A DNA stretch of 64,000 nt from an uncultured Prevotellaceae bacterium (GCA_947167515.1 CAMVIM010000009.1:8522-72521); one strand, 5' to 3'. Positions 1-9,761 are shown, counted from the first letter of the stretch. A program made the numbers and translations. Notes: generated by a model from the sequence alone, not told the origin.

Positions 1-664
1 CGTTCATCTTCGACACGCCTTCCACGCGGTTGACGAAGACAACGGGCACCTCCTTGATGCGGAAGCCGCATTTGTAGGTGGTGAATTTCATCTCAATCTG
101 GAAAGCGTAGCCCTTGAAACGGATGTTGTCGAGGTCGATGGTTTCCAGCACACGGCGGCGGTAGCACTTGAAGCCCGCCGTGGTGTCGTGTACCTTGAAA
201 CCCGTGACAAAGCGTACATATTTGGAGGCAAAATAGGACATGAGCACACGTCCCATCGGCCAGTTGACCACATTCACGCCCGAGATGTAGCGGCTGCCGA
301 TAGCGAGGTCGTAGCCCTCGTCGGCGCAGGCGGCATAGAGTCGTGGCAGGTCGCTGGGGGCATGGGAAAAATCGGCATCCATCTCGAAGATGTAGTCGTA
401 CTGGCGGGCCAGTCCCCACTTGAAACCTGCAATGTAGGCTGTGCCAAGCCCCAACTTCCCTTTGCGCTCCATGATGAAGAGGCGGTCGGCAAACTCTGTT
501 GCCATCAAGCCCTTCACGATGGTGGCTGTGCCATCGGGAGAACCGTCGTCAATCACGAGCACATGAAAACATTTCTCCAACGCAAAAATGGCGCGGATGA
601 TTTTCTCGATGTTTTCCTTCTCGTTGTAGGTCGGTATGATAACTATGCTGTCGCTTTCGTGCAT
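1..664 (-). CDS. Family-2 glycosyltransferase, polyprenol/dolichol-phosphate mannosyltransferase-like. The 3' end runs off the window.
   Basis: My own translation of the minus strand from ATG at 664-662 gives MHESDSIVIIPTYNEKENIEKII...VLVIDDGSPDGT...EMDADFSH...GSRY. This is the classic GT2/DPM1-like pattern. The frame is open to position 1, so it is not in the ORF track. Confidence 0.85.
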   Translation of the reverse strand, partial: MHESDSIVIIPTYNEKENIEKIIRAIFALEKCFHVLVIDDGSPDGTATIVKGLMATEFADRLFIMERKGKLGLGTAYIAGFKWGLARQYDYIFEMDADFSHAPSDLPRLYAACADEGYDLAIGSRYISGVNVVNWPMGRVLMSYFASKYVRFVTGFKVHDTTAGFKCYRRRVLETIDLDNIRFKGYAFQIEMKFTTYKCGFRIKEVPVVFVNRVEGVSKMN

Positions 665-1009
665 GCTGATTGGGTATATCGCTTTCTTCTTGCAAAGTTA
701 ATGCACTTTGGGCATTTGACCAAATAAAAGCGTGTTTTTTTGGATTTTTTACCATTCTGAAGGCTTTTTCGCCACTTGAACGAGGGACGGAACGGGCTTT
801 CTGAAATAGGCTGAATGTATATGCCTTGGAAGGGGGTGTGTCGAGGTGGCGGTTTGGGAGCATGGGAAGAAGGGGAAGTGGAGACGATGAGGGAGTGAAA
901 CCTCATTTTTACGATGTGTGGGGATAACATGATGGTTAAAAATGTGTTAAAAGCACCAAGCGAACATAAATGTGGTACAATGGATAAATGAGGATTGCGC
1001 ATTTTTCCG

Positions 1010-1017
1010 TACCTTTG
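1010..1017 (+). promoter_or_regulatory. Bacteroidetes -7 promoter box (TAccTTTG) for the inositol-phosphate synthase gene
   Basis: tacctttg lies about 50 nt upstream of the ATG at 1067 and matches the TAnnTTTG consensus. Confidence 0.5.
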
Positions 1018-1066
1018 TACGATTTTTGAGAATAATAGATAGCTACTAATTATTATAAAAACAGAA

Positions 1067-2395
1067 ATGGAAAATCAAAATGTGGAGCCTGCAGAAGGTA
1101 ATTTAGGCATCATGGTCGTAGGACTTGGTGCCGTTACTTCCACCTTCATGACAGGCGTGTTGATGGCTCGCAAGGGACTTGCCAAGCCAGTGGGTTCAAT
1201 GACTCAGTATGACAAAATTCGTGTTGGAAAGGGTGCTGATAAGAAGTATCTTTCTTATGGAGAGATTGTTCCAATGGCAAAGTTGGATGACATCGTGTTT
1301 GGTGCGTGGGACGTTTATCCAGCCAACGCTTTCCAAAGTGCCATGTATGCAGAGGTGCTTCAAGAGAAAGACATCCTGCCCGTGAAGGACGAACTGGAGA
1401 AGATTGTGCCCATCAAAGCTGCTTTTGACAAAAACTTCGCCAAGCGGCTCGATGGCGACAACGTGAAGGACTGCAAGACCCGTTGGGATATGGTGGAACA
1501 GATTCGTGCCGACATTCGCAAGTTTAAGGCCGAAAACAACTGTGCCCGCATCGTTGTGGCTTGGGCTGCTTCAACCGAGATTTATGTGGAGCCGAACATG
1601 CAGGTACATGACACCTTGGAGCATCTGGAGGCTGCCATGAAGGCTGACGACCGTGTGAACATCGCCCCTTCCATGTGCTACGCATACGCTGCTCTGGCTG
1701 AAGGCGCACCTTTCATCATGGGTGCCCCCAACACCACGGTCGATATTCCAGCCATGTGGGAAATGTCGGAGAAATTAGGCCTGCCCATCGCCGGCAAAGA
1801 CTTCAAGACGGGACAGACACTGGTGAAGTCAGGCTTTGCCCCCATCATCGGCACTCGCTGTCTGGGCCTCAGCGGTTGGTTCTCTACCAACATCCTCGGC
1901 AACCGCGACGGACTTGTGCTCGACGAGCCAGCCAATTTCCGCACGAAGGAAGTCAGCAAACTCTCCACTCTCGAAACCATCCTCAAGCCCGATGCACAGC
2001 CCGACCTCTACGGCCACGGCAACGACACCGACGACCAGTACTACCACAAGGTGCGCATTAACTACTATCCTCCACGCAACGACAACAAGGAGGGATGGGA
2101 TGCCATTGACATCTTCGGTTGGATGAACTACCCCATGCAGATCAAGATTAACTTCCTCTGCCGCGACTCCATCCTTGCCGCACCGCTGCTGCTCGACCTC
2201 TGCCTGCTCAGCGACCTCGCTGCCCGTGCCGGTCGTAGCGGTATCCAGCGTTTCCTCTCCTTCTTCCTCAAGGCGCCCATGCACGACTACACCAAGGGCG
2301 AGGAACCCGTCAACCACCTCTTCCAGCAATACACCATGCTGAAGAACGCCCTCCGCGAAATTGGTGGCTATGAGGCTGACGAGGAGATAGACTGA
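1067..2395 (+). CDS. ino1: myo-inositol-1-phosphate synthase
   Basis: 442 aa. N-terminal Rossmann motif GIMVVGLGAVTST, and overall resemblance to bacterial/archaeal MIPS (..SYGEIVP.., ..NILGNRDG.., ..YYHKVRINYYPPRNDNKEGWD..). Confidence 0.85.
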   Translation: MENQNVEPAEGNLGIMVVGLGAVTSTFMTGVLMARKGLAKPVGSMTQYDKIRVGKGADKKYLSYGEIVPMAKLDDIVFGAWDVYPANAFQSAMYAEVLQEKDILPVKDELEKIVPIKAAFDKNFAKRLDGDNVKDCKTRWDMVEQIRADIRKFKAENNCARIVVAWAASTEIYVEPNMQVHDTLEHLEAAMKADDRVNIAPSMCYAYAALAEGAPFIMGAPNTTVDIPAMWEMSEKLGLPIAGKDFKTGQTLVKSGFAPIIGTRCLGLSGWFSTNILGNRDGLVLDEPANFRTKEVSKLSTLETILKPDAQPDLYGHGNDTDDQYYHKVRINYYPPRNDNKEGWDAIDIFGWMNYPMQIKINFLCRDSILAAPLLLDLCLLSDLAARAGRSGIQRFLSFFLKAPMHDYTKGEEPVNHLFQQYTMLKNALREIGGYEADEEID

Positions 2396-2451
2396 CACTT
2401 CATGTGACAGAGATTGACGAGCGTTGTAAAACTCCATTTTTTAAACAGCGG

Positions 2452-2532
2452 ATTACACAAATTACACGATTTCCACCCCGAGTTGTTCCTTATCAGGAAA
2501 CTCCTTGAGTGGAAATCGTGTAATCGTGTAAT
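2452..2532. terminator. Long hairpin between convergent genes (probable bidirectional terminator)
   Basis: ttacacgatttccac (2462-2476) pairs perfectly with gtggaaatcgtgtaa (2509-2523). A 7-bp attacac extension pairs across a small bulge. The loop holds a second hairpin, gttcc-ttatca-ggaac. Confidence 0.5.
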
Positions 2533-2567
2533 GGACTTCGCTATAGGTTTGTGGAAGGAAACCGTTG

Positions 2568-3110
2568 TTACTGTTCGTTGCCCGCCACAAATAGTACCCG
2601 CGAGCCGCCACGTGCTTCCTCCACAGCCCCACCATCGTTCTTCACACGAATGATGCCCGTGGAGATGTCGCGGCTCTTCGGATAAACGTCGTAGGCACAG
2701 CTGGCATACTGCTTCAGCACAAACTCCTGCAGCTTGCCCCTTCCTCGGTCGGGGTCGGTAAGTGTGGCGTTCAGCACACCCTCCTCGTCCGATTCGGAGA
2801 AAGTCCACACGGCGCCGTTCTCACTCTCGTAGGGAACTCCCAAGATGGGCAGCACATCCTCCATGTCAGACTCGATGTCCTCCTCGCGCTCCATTTGGTC
2901 GTAAACCACATTGCGCATCACAACACTCCCGATGGGGGGCAGGCTGCTCTTCTCTTCCGACGGTTCCTCGGTTTCTTCTGTCTCCCATCCTTGCGAACCG
3001 CCACCCTTTGGCAACAGTCCGTCGCATGCTGTCAGCAGCATCGCTGCCAAGACCATTAAGAAGCCAGCCATCGTGGCAAGCCCCTCACTCCTTCTTTTCC
3101 CTTTTTCCAT
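2568..3110 (-). CDS. Hypothetical lipoprotein
   Basis: I prefer the internal start MEKGKRRSEGLATMAGFLMVLAAMLLTAC (lipobox LLTAC) at 3110. The mature part is acidic. No family recognised. Confidence 0.55.
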   Translation of the reverse strand: MEKGKRRSEGLATMAGFLMVLAAMLLTACDGLLPKGGGSQGWETEETEEPSEEKSSLPPIGSVVMRNVVYDQMEREEDIESDMEDVLPILGVPYESENGAVWTFSESDEEGVLNATLTDPDRGRGKLQEFVLKQYASCAYDVYPKSRDISTGIIRVKNDGGAVEEARGGSRVLFVAGNEQ

Positions 3111-3264
3111 AAGCTTTTGTTTTTTCAGAGGTTTGTATTTGTTCGATTCGAGCATCCCACAGGAATGTTCGTGCACAAATGTACGTACAAAAACTGTACA
3201 CCGCAAATGTTCAGGAGTAAAAAAGCGGAAAAAAGTGGAATTCGCGACAAAAGACATGGCTTTT

Positions 3265-4437
3265 TCACTGCCGAACCAGTACTTGCGTCATGCAGTGGGC
3301 ACAGCCGTTGCCTTCGGTCAGTTCGTCCAGTTTGATGTATTCGACCTTGACTTGGTTGCGCTCCATTTTCGTTCTGAAGTCATCCGACACGTTGTCTGTA
3401 GCCATGATGTGACGCGGGGCGATGCACAGATAGTTGCTGCCAAAGTGCAGCTCGTCTTCATCGCTGAGCGGAATGATCTGTATGCCTCTGCCTTGCAAGA
3501 ACTTGACAAGGCTCCCATTGGTGGTGATTTGTTTGTATTTCAGCCTTCCTGGTGCGCGGGCGTAAATGTCGATAGCAACATAGTTGGCCTCACCTGCTTG
3601 TGCGTTCATGCGGGCAGAGGGCAGGGTGACGAGATGGCTGTCGATGATGTTGAAATAGGTGTCGAGGTGCATCTGTGAAGTGTTGTGGAGCACATCCTTC
3701 ACTACGACGATAGTGTCGTGTCCGATAGCATCTGCCTGTAGCAATTCCTCGATGGCTGCACGGTTGGTGCGCAGACCTTCTCCGATGAATGAGAGTGTGC
3801 CGAAGGGAAGGTAGTCACCGCCTTCCAGATAGGCATTGTTCCCTTCAATCGTATAGGCAATCTTCTCCCCTAACTGTTCATAGCACAGGGCTATCAATGC
3901 CGGCTCATGTTTTCGGTGGACGAGTCGCATCTTGCCCATGACGTGTCCTCGGGGCGTGGTGATGCTTTGGTCTCGTGTGAAGTAGAGTCCTTTCATTGGG
4001 GGCGTATCGAGTATATGGCGAATCAACAGTTCTTTGTCCATCTGACTGATATCTTCCGAGGAAATGGACTGTGCTATTGTTTGCAGGCGGCTCATGGGCG
4101 CATTCCTCAACAAGTCAATCACCTCATGCACCTCTATCCCATTCTTCTGTAGGGCATGGATGAATGCAAGGTGCTCCTCTTTCATCCCTTCCACATCGAA
4201 CTGCTTATGCAACCCGTATGACCCTTGGTTTTCATTACCGGGAGTGTGCATGAGAATGGTTGTTGCGTACATGTACTCAGCCAAATGAGTGTATGTGGCA
4301 TCTGCTGCGACAAAATCCGCCTCATCCTGCTCGTTGTCAGTGCTGCATCCTGCCAAAAGGATGCAGTAAACAAAACACCATGCCCACCAACGGAGGGACA
4401 TGGGTTTCCTTTTATGGCTGGGCGTATGAATCTTCAT
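3265..4437 (-). CDS. Arginine deiminase-family (guanidino-modifying) enzyme with a lipoprotein signal
   Basis: ADI-type motifs occur in order: YFTRDQ, LEGGDY, MHLDTYFN, and a C-terminal GCAHCMTQ with the catalytic Cys. The N-terminus MSLRWWAWCFVYCILLAGC is a lipobox (alternative start at 4401). Confidence 0.7.
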   Translation of the reverse strand: MKIHTPSHKRKPMSLRWWAWCFVYCILLAGCSTDNEQDEADFVAADATYTHLAEYMYATTILMHTPGNENQGSYGLHKQFDVEGMKEEHLAFIHALQKNGIEVHEVIDLLRNAPMSRLQTIAQSISSEDISQMDKELLIRHILDTPPMKGLYFTRDQSITTPRGHVMGKMRLVHRKHEPALIALCYEQLGEKIAYTIEGNNAYLEGGDYLPFGTLSFIGEGLRTNRAAIEELLQADAIGHDTIVVVKDVLHNTSQMHLDTYFNIIDSHLVTLPSARMNAQAGEANYVAIDIYARAPGRLKYKQITTNGSLVKFLQGRGIQIIPLSDEDELHFGSNYLCIAPRHIMATDNVSDDFRTKMERNQVKVEYIKLDELTEGNGCAHCMTQVLVRQ

Positions 4438-4490
4438 GTGTTTTATGGTTTCTTTTTGTTTCGGTCAAGTAATGATATAGTTTCATTATT

Positions 4491-7400
4491 TTATTTATTC
4501 TCCATCGCTTCCAGCACGCTCAGCGCTCCGTCCATCGTGCTGATATTCTTAATCAGCAGCGACTTGCGCTCTCCATCGCGCAGGGTGCAGGCACGTCCGT
4601 GACTACCTACATAGTTGAGCACTTTCTCGAAGGCACGGCTTTGGAAGTAGGCATCTTCGAGGGCGAAGTAGAGTATCATGCGTCCCATCTTGAGCACCAC
4701 CTTCTCGATGCCGAGGCGCTGGGCTGCCCACTTGATGGGCATGACGGTGAGGAGTGATTCGCCCACAGGTGGTATTTGTCCGAAGCGGTCGATGAGGCGT
4801 TTCTTGTAGTCTTCCAATTGCTTGGGTGTGGTGAGGGAGTCGAGTTCTCGGTAGAGACTCATGCGCTCACCGCTGCTGGGCACATATTCTTCGGGGAAGT
4901 AGCCTTGGATGTCGCTTTCGATGTTGGTTTCCGTCACAAACTTCTCACCGCTGATTCTGCCCTCTTCATCCTTCTCGTCTTCGGTGAACAATTCGCCCAA
5001 TTCGTGAAATTCGTTGTGCAGTTCTGCCACCGCTTCATTCAGAATCTTCTGATAAGTCTCATAGCCAAGGTCGGTGATGAATCCGCTCTGTTCAGCACCC
5101 AGCATATTGCCGGCACCACGGATGTCGAGGTCTTGCATGGCGATGTGGATGCCGCTGCCGAGGTCGCTGAAGTTCTCCACGGCTTGCAGACGGCGACGGG
5201 TCACATCGTTCAGGGCAACGAGTGGGGGAGCGATGAGGTAGCAGAAGGCCTTGCGGTTGCCGCGTCCCACGCGTCCACGCATCTGGTGGATGTCGGAGAG
5301 TCCGTAGTTCTGTGCGCTGTTGATGATGATGGTGTTGGCATTCGGCACGTCGATGCCGTTCTCCACAATCGTTGTGGAGAGCATCACGTCGTAGTCGTAG
5401 TTCATGAAGTCGAGGATAATCTTCTCCAACTCCTGCGGATTCATCTGCCCGTGCCCCACACATACGCGCGCATCGGGTACATATTTATGAATCATCTCCT
5501 CCAACTCGTGCAGATTGCTGATTTTGTTGTTCACGATGAACACCTGTCCGTTGCGGCTCATCTCGAAGTTGATGGCTTCAGCGAATATCTCGGGCGAGAA
5601 AGTGTGTATCTCTGTCTGGATAGGGTAGCGGTTGGGGGGAGGAGTCTGGATGATGGAGAGGTCTCTGGCTCCCAACAATGAGAACTGCAAGGTGCGGGGA
5701 ATGGGGGTTGCGGTCATGGTGAGGGTGTCCACATTCACTTTCATGGCACGAAGCTTCTCCTTGGTCGATACGCCAAACTTCTGTTCCTCATCGATGATGA
5801 GCAGTCCCAAGTCCTTGAACTGCACTTGCTTGCCGATGAGTTTGTGGGTGCCGATGATAATATCGACCTTGCCCTCTTTCAAATCGTCCAGCACCTCTTT
5901 CGTTTCTTTGGCAGTACGGGCACGGGTAAGGTATTCCACCCTGACGGGAAATTCTTTCAGTCGTGAGGAGAAGGTCTGGTAGTGCTGATAGGCCAACACC
6001 GTTGTGGGCACCATCACCGCCACTTGCTTCCCGTCGGTGGCTGCCTTGAATGCTGCACGTATTGCCACTTCTGTCTTTCCGAAGCCCACATCGCCACATA
6101 CTAGGCGATCCATCGGACGGGGTTTCTCCATGTCTGCCTTCACGTCTTGCGTGGCTTTCAGCTGGTCGGGTGTGTCCTCGTAGGCAAAACTGGCTTCCAG
6201 CTCATGCTGCATGAAGCCGTCCTTGCTGTAGGCAAAGCCCTTTTCTTTCATTCGGGCTGCATAGAGACGGATGAGGTCGCGGGCGATGTCCTTCACCTTT
6301 GTCTTCACACGCTCCTTCATGCGCTCCCATGCACCGCCACCAATTCTGTTCAGCGCGGGCGGTTCACCTTCCTTACCCTTATACTTCGACACCTTGTGCA
6401 GTGCGTGGATGGACACATACACCGTGTCCTCGTTCTTGTAGATGATTTTAATCATCTCCTGCATCACATTGCCTTGAGGCACTCGCACCAGGCCACCGAA
6501 GCGTCCCACGCCGTGGTCGATATGCACCACGTAGTCGCCAATCTCAAACTGCTGTATCTCTTTGAGTGTCAGCGCCACCTTTCCCCGATGTGCCTTGTCA
6601 CTCTTCAGGTTGTACTTGTGGAAGCGGTCAAAGATTTGGTGGTCGGTGAAGAAGCATACCTTCAGCGTGTGGTCGATAAAACCTTCGTGGATGGCTCGGT
6701 TGACAGGGGTGAAATGAATGGCATCGGCTTCCGTCTGTGCTATCTCCTCGAAAATGTTTTGCAAACGGGCAATCTGCTTTTCGCTGTCGGCAAAGATGTA
6801 TATCTTATAACCCTCGCTGATGAGTCGGTGGAACTCCTGGCTGACCAGTTCAAAATTCTTGTGAAAGAGCGGTTGTACTGCGGTGTTGAAGTGGAGAGCG
6901 GAACCATCCTCAGCCTTCTCTGAAGGGAGGCCCTTTTTGTTCTTCAGTTCCAAGTGGCGGAATTGTACGATTTGTTTCAAGAACGTTTCCTCATCGATGA
7001 TGAACTGGGCAGCTAATGTCTCAGCATTCGTCTCCGCCTCAAACTGTGCTTGGCTCGAAAAGCCCTCGTCATGTATCTGGACAATCTTGTCGCACACAAA
7101 CGCAAAGTTCTGTGTCACAATCAGTGTGTCCTTTGGCAAGAACTCCAAAAACGAGATGTATTCGTTCCATTCGCAACATTCGTTGTTGGGCACAATCGTC
7201 ATCATCTCCACCTTCTCCTGACTCAACTGGCTCTGCACATCGAACGAACGGATGCTGTCCACCTCGTCGCCAAAGAAGTCAATGCGGTAAGGCATGTCCG
7301 ACGAAAACGAATACACATCGACGATGCTGCCTCTCACCGCAAACTGTCCAGGCTCATACACATAATCCACCCGTTCAAAACCCAACTCAAAGATGTCCTT

Positions 7401-7886
7401 CTCCAACTGGCTGATGTCGAACTCGTTGCCCACCTTCACCGTCAGCGTGTTCTCGTCAAGTTCCTGCTTCGACACCACACGTTCAGCCAACGCATCGGGG
7501 TAAGTAACCACAATAAGCCCCCCGACCCCCGAGGATGGGCTTACTTTCGTCAGCACTTCCGTCCTCAGTATCTCATTCCCTGCATCCTTTTGATTGTACT
7601 TGATGGCTCTTCTGTACGACGAGGGGAAGAAGAGCACCCGCTCCTCACCCATCATCTGCGTCAGGTCGTGATACACATACCCCGCATCGTCCAGGTCGTT
7701 CATCACCACCAGCATGTTCGGGCAGTTGGCTTTGCCATTCATGATGCTCGCCAACACCAAAGCAGCCGACGAACCGCACAGTCCGTCAGCTTTCACTTGT
7801 TTGGCCTTGCCGTTTCTGATACGCTTAGCCAATTCCTTGGCTTCATCCGACGAAGCCAAGAGCGAAAGAACCTTACTTGTTTCCAA
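4491..7886 (-). CDS. mfd: Transcription-repair coupling factor
   Basis: 1131 aa with a UvrB-like N-terminus and a CarD-like segment (GDYVVHIDHGVGRF). Superfamily-2 helicase motifs are present: GDVGFGKTEVA, DEEQKFGV, MTATPIPRT, QMRGRVGR. Confidence 0.95.
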   Translation of the reverse strand: METSKVLSLLASSDEAKELAKRIRNGKAKQVKADGLCGSSAALVLASIMNGKANCPNMLVVMNDLDDAGYVYHDLTQMMGEERVLFFPSSYRRAIKYNQKDAGNEILRTEVLTKVSPSSGVGGLIVVTYPDALAERVVSKQELDENTLTVKVGNEFDISQLEKDIFELGFERVDYVYEPGQFAVRGSIVDVYSFSSDMPYRIDFFGDEVDSIRSFDVQSQLSQEKVEMMTIVPNNECCEWNEYISFLEFLPKDTLIVTQNFAFVCDKIVQIHDEGFSSQAQFEAETNAETLAAQFIIDEETFLKQIVQFRHLELKNKKGLPSEKAEDGSALHFNTAVQPLFHKNFELVSQEFHRLISEGYKIYIFADSEKQIARLQNIFEEIAQTEADAIHFTPVNRAIHEGFIDHTLKVCFFTDHQIFDRFHKYNLKSDKAHRGKVALTLKEIQQFEIGDYVVHIDHGVGRFGGLVRVPQGNVMQEMIKIIYKNEDTVYVSIHALHKVSKYKGKEGEPPALNRIGGGAWERMKERVKTKVKDIARDLIRLYAARMKEKGFAYSKDGFMQHELEASFAYEDTPDQLKATQDVKADMEKPRPMDRLVCGDVGFGKTEVAIRAAFKAATDGKQVAVMVPTTVLAYQHYQTFSSRLKEFPVRVEYLTRARTAKETKEVLDDLKEGKVDIIIGTHKLIGKQVQFKDLGLLIIDEEQKFGVSTKEKLRAMKVNVDTLTMTATPIPRTLQFSLLGARDLSIIQTPPPNRYPIQTEIHTFSPEIFAEAINFEMSRNGQVFIVNNKISNLHELEEMIHKYVPDARVCVGHGQMNPQELEKIILDFMNYDYDVMLSTTIVENGIDVPNANTIIINSAQNYGLSDIHQMRGRVGRGNRKAFCYLIAPPLVALNDVTRRRLQAVENFSDLGSGIHIAMQDLDIRGAGNMLGAEQSGFITDLGYETYQKILNEAVAELHNEFHELGELFTEDEKDEEGRISGEKFVTETNIESDIQGYFPEEYVPSSGERMSLYRELDSLTTPKQLEDYKKRLIDRFGQIPPVGESLLTVMPIKWAAQRLGIEKVVLKMGRMILYFALEDAYFQSRAFEKVLNYVGSHGRACTLRDGERKSLLIKNISTMDGALSVLEAMENK

Positions 7887-8175
7887 AAATCATCAACTGG
7901 TTTATGCCAGACCCATGACAGTTTGTGGGTCATACATTCGTGCAAACAACTGCAGAAAGAACAGCGTGTCTTTCGATGGACGTGCAATCTTACTCGTCAT
8001 GTTCAGAATCGTCGATGTAGCTTTGTGTGCTGGAGTAGAATCATTCATAGGCAATCTGCTTTTTGCTATTACGTTTTCTCTTTCTATATTACTAATAACG
8101 AACTCGAAATCCATTTATTATAACACACGCAACTTTTATTTTCCTATTTTCTTTGTTTTTATTCGTGTTTTCTTT

Positions 8176-8183
8176 TATCTTTG
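8176..8183 (+). promoter_or_regulatory. -7 promoter box (TAtcTTTG)
   Basis: tatctttg lies about 37 nt upstream of the ATG at 8220. Confidence 0.45.
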
Positions 8184-8219
8184 CAAAACCTAAAACGATT
8201 CACCAACCTTTAACTCAAT

Positions 8220-8666
8220 ATGAATATGGAAAATATAACCTTTCAACTGTCCGATGTGCCAGGCAATTTCACCCTGTGCCTCAATGCCGACTGCCCCTTG
8301 GCGGAGCGGTGTCTGCACCAGATGGTGAGGAGAATGATTCCGACGGACGAACTGGTGCTGCACGTGTATAACCCTGAAGCCGTGAAGGGCGGAGAGAACT
8401 GTAAGTTTTTCCGAGCGCTGAAACTGGATCGTTATGCCAAGGGATTCTCTCGTTTCCAAGAAGAGATGGTGCCGAGGCAATATGCGGTGTTTAGCAGGTC
8501 GCTGATGCACTACTTCGGCCGAAATCCTTACTATGAACGGCGGCGCGGGGAGAGGTCGCTCTCACCAGCCGAGCAGGAAGTGGTGCTCCAAGCGTTGCGC
8601 AAGGCTGGCATAGAAGAAGACCTTGAGTTTGACGGCTATGAATACCGCATCAATTGGATTGATTGA
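8220..8666 (+). CDS. Conserved hypothetical protein (Cys-containing N-terminus)
   Basis: 148 aa with good coding appearance, its own promoter and a downstream hairpin. No family assigned with confidence. Confidence 0.55.
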   Translation: MNMENITFQLSDVPGNFTLCLNADCPLAERCLHQMVRRMIPTDELVLHVYNPEAVKGGENCKFFRALKLDRYAKGFSRFQEEMVPRQYAVFSRSLMHYFGRNPYYERRRGERSLSPAEQEVVLQALRKAGIEEDLEFDGYEYRINWID

Positions 8667-8784
8667 CGGGTGTTTCCATCTGTATTTGTTTGTCAATATT
8701 TAAGTACTTGTTAATCAGTACTTCGGTGCTTGTTTGTCAGTACCGTTGTACTCATTCGTCAATACTCCAGAACTCGTTTGCCAA

Positions 8785-8860
8785 TACTCCAGTACTCCTT
8801 CGTCAGTACTCTAATACTGCTGCGGCAGTACTTCAGTACTGACGAAGGAGTACTGGAGTA
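8785..8860. repeat. 26-bp perfect inverted repeat (hairpin) built from AGTACT-containing units, probably a bidirectional terminator
   Basis: 8785-8810 tactccagtactccttcgtcagtact is the exact reverse complement of 8835-8860. The 24-nt loop contains a further tactgc/gcagta stem. Degenerate direct copies of the unit ttcgtcaatact / tttgccaatact run from about 8690. Confidence 0.75.
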
Positions 8861-8929
8861 CTTTTGAAGGCATACAAAAGTGAGTACAGGCGTCGGAAAA
8901 AGGAGGATATGCGTGAGGGATGTAGGTTG

Positions 8930-9761
8930 TTACGGCTTCTTCATGCGATGCTTCCTGAGTGTCGGCACTTCCTCGCAGAGGGCATCGGCCAGCAGACGAG
9001 CCACGACGGTGGCGCCATAGACGTTGTAGTGGGTGTTGTCCTGCCGCCCTTCGGGGAGGCTTGGCTCTTCACCGGGACGGAACCACATGTGGAGCCGTTT
9101 GGAGCCTTCGCGCCCCAAGCCCTGCTCCAACTGGTGTGTGATGCGGTTGGCATCGACGAAGGGGACGTGCATCCGTTCGGCCACCTGTCGGGGAGCCACC
9201 CCGGTAGAGGCCGTGGGTGTCGATGAGGCTGTCCCCTTCCACCATCTTCACGCCGTCCTTGAAGGTCGTCTCGCGGAGCAACTCGTCATCGTCATTTTCG
9301 GGTGCCTTGACGAAGAAGTTGCGGCGCACCACGCTGTTCATCAGGATGGGGATGCCGCCCCGCTGGCGTGTCTCGCGCACGAACCGCTCCAGGTTGGCAT
9401 CGAACGTGCTGCCCGGTTCCGTGTGGCGGTCGGGCTTGGGCTTCTCGTCGTTGTGGCCGAACTGAATCACCACATAGTCGCTGGGCTGCATCAGTTCCAG
9501 CACCCGTGCCCATCGGCCCTCGTTGATGAAAGAGAGCGATGAACGTCCGTTCACTGCGTGATTATCTACTCGGATGCCGTCGTCGAAACACGCTTGGAGC
9601 ATCATGCCCCAACCCCGTTCTTGCTTGCCGTTTGTGGTGTCTTTGTTGGCCATCGTCGAGTCGCCAATCAGAAAGATGGTCACCGCTCGGCGTGGTGTGA
9701 AGGCCGTGAGGAGGCACCACGCGGCGATGCACAACATCAGCATGTTCGTTGTCCGTTTCAT
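8930..9761 (-). pseudogene. SGNH/GDSL hydrolase (rhamnogalacturonan acetylesterase-like), split by a frameshift near 9197-9203
   Basis: ORF 9069-9761 carries block I (GDSTMA), block II (NHAVNGRS) and block III (GHND). The block V DxxH motif (DNTHY) lies in ORF 8930-9199 in another frame. The frames switch at the run accccgg (9197-9203). Confidence 0.75.

Noticed and set aside
188-727. 179-aa ORF on the plus strand
   Set aside because: It is antisense to the GT2 gene, whose motifs are unambiguous on the minus strand.
7050-8123. 357-aa ORF on the plus strand (and other plus-strand ORFs at 4776-7414)
   Set aside because: They are antisense to mfd and have no motifs.
8864-9542. Plus-strand ORFs of 120 and 169 aa
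   Set aside because: They are antisense to the SGNH hydrolase (pseudo)gene.
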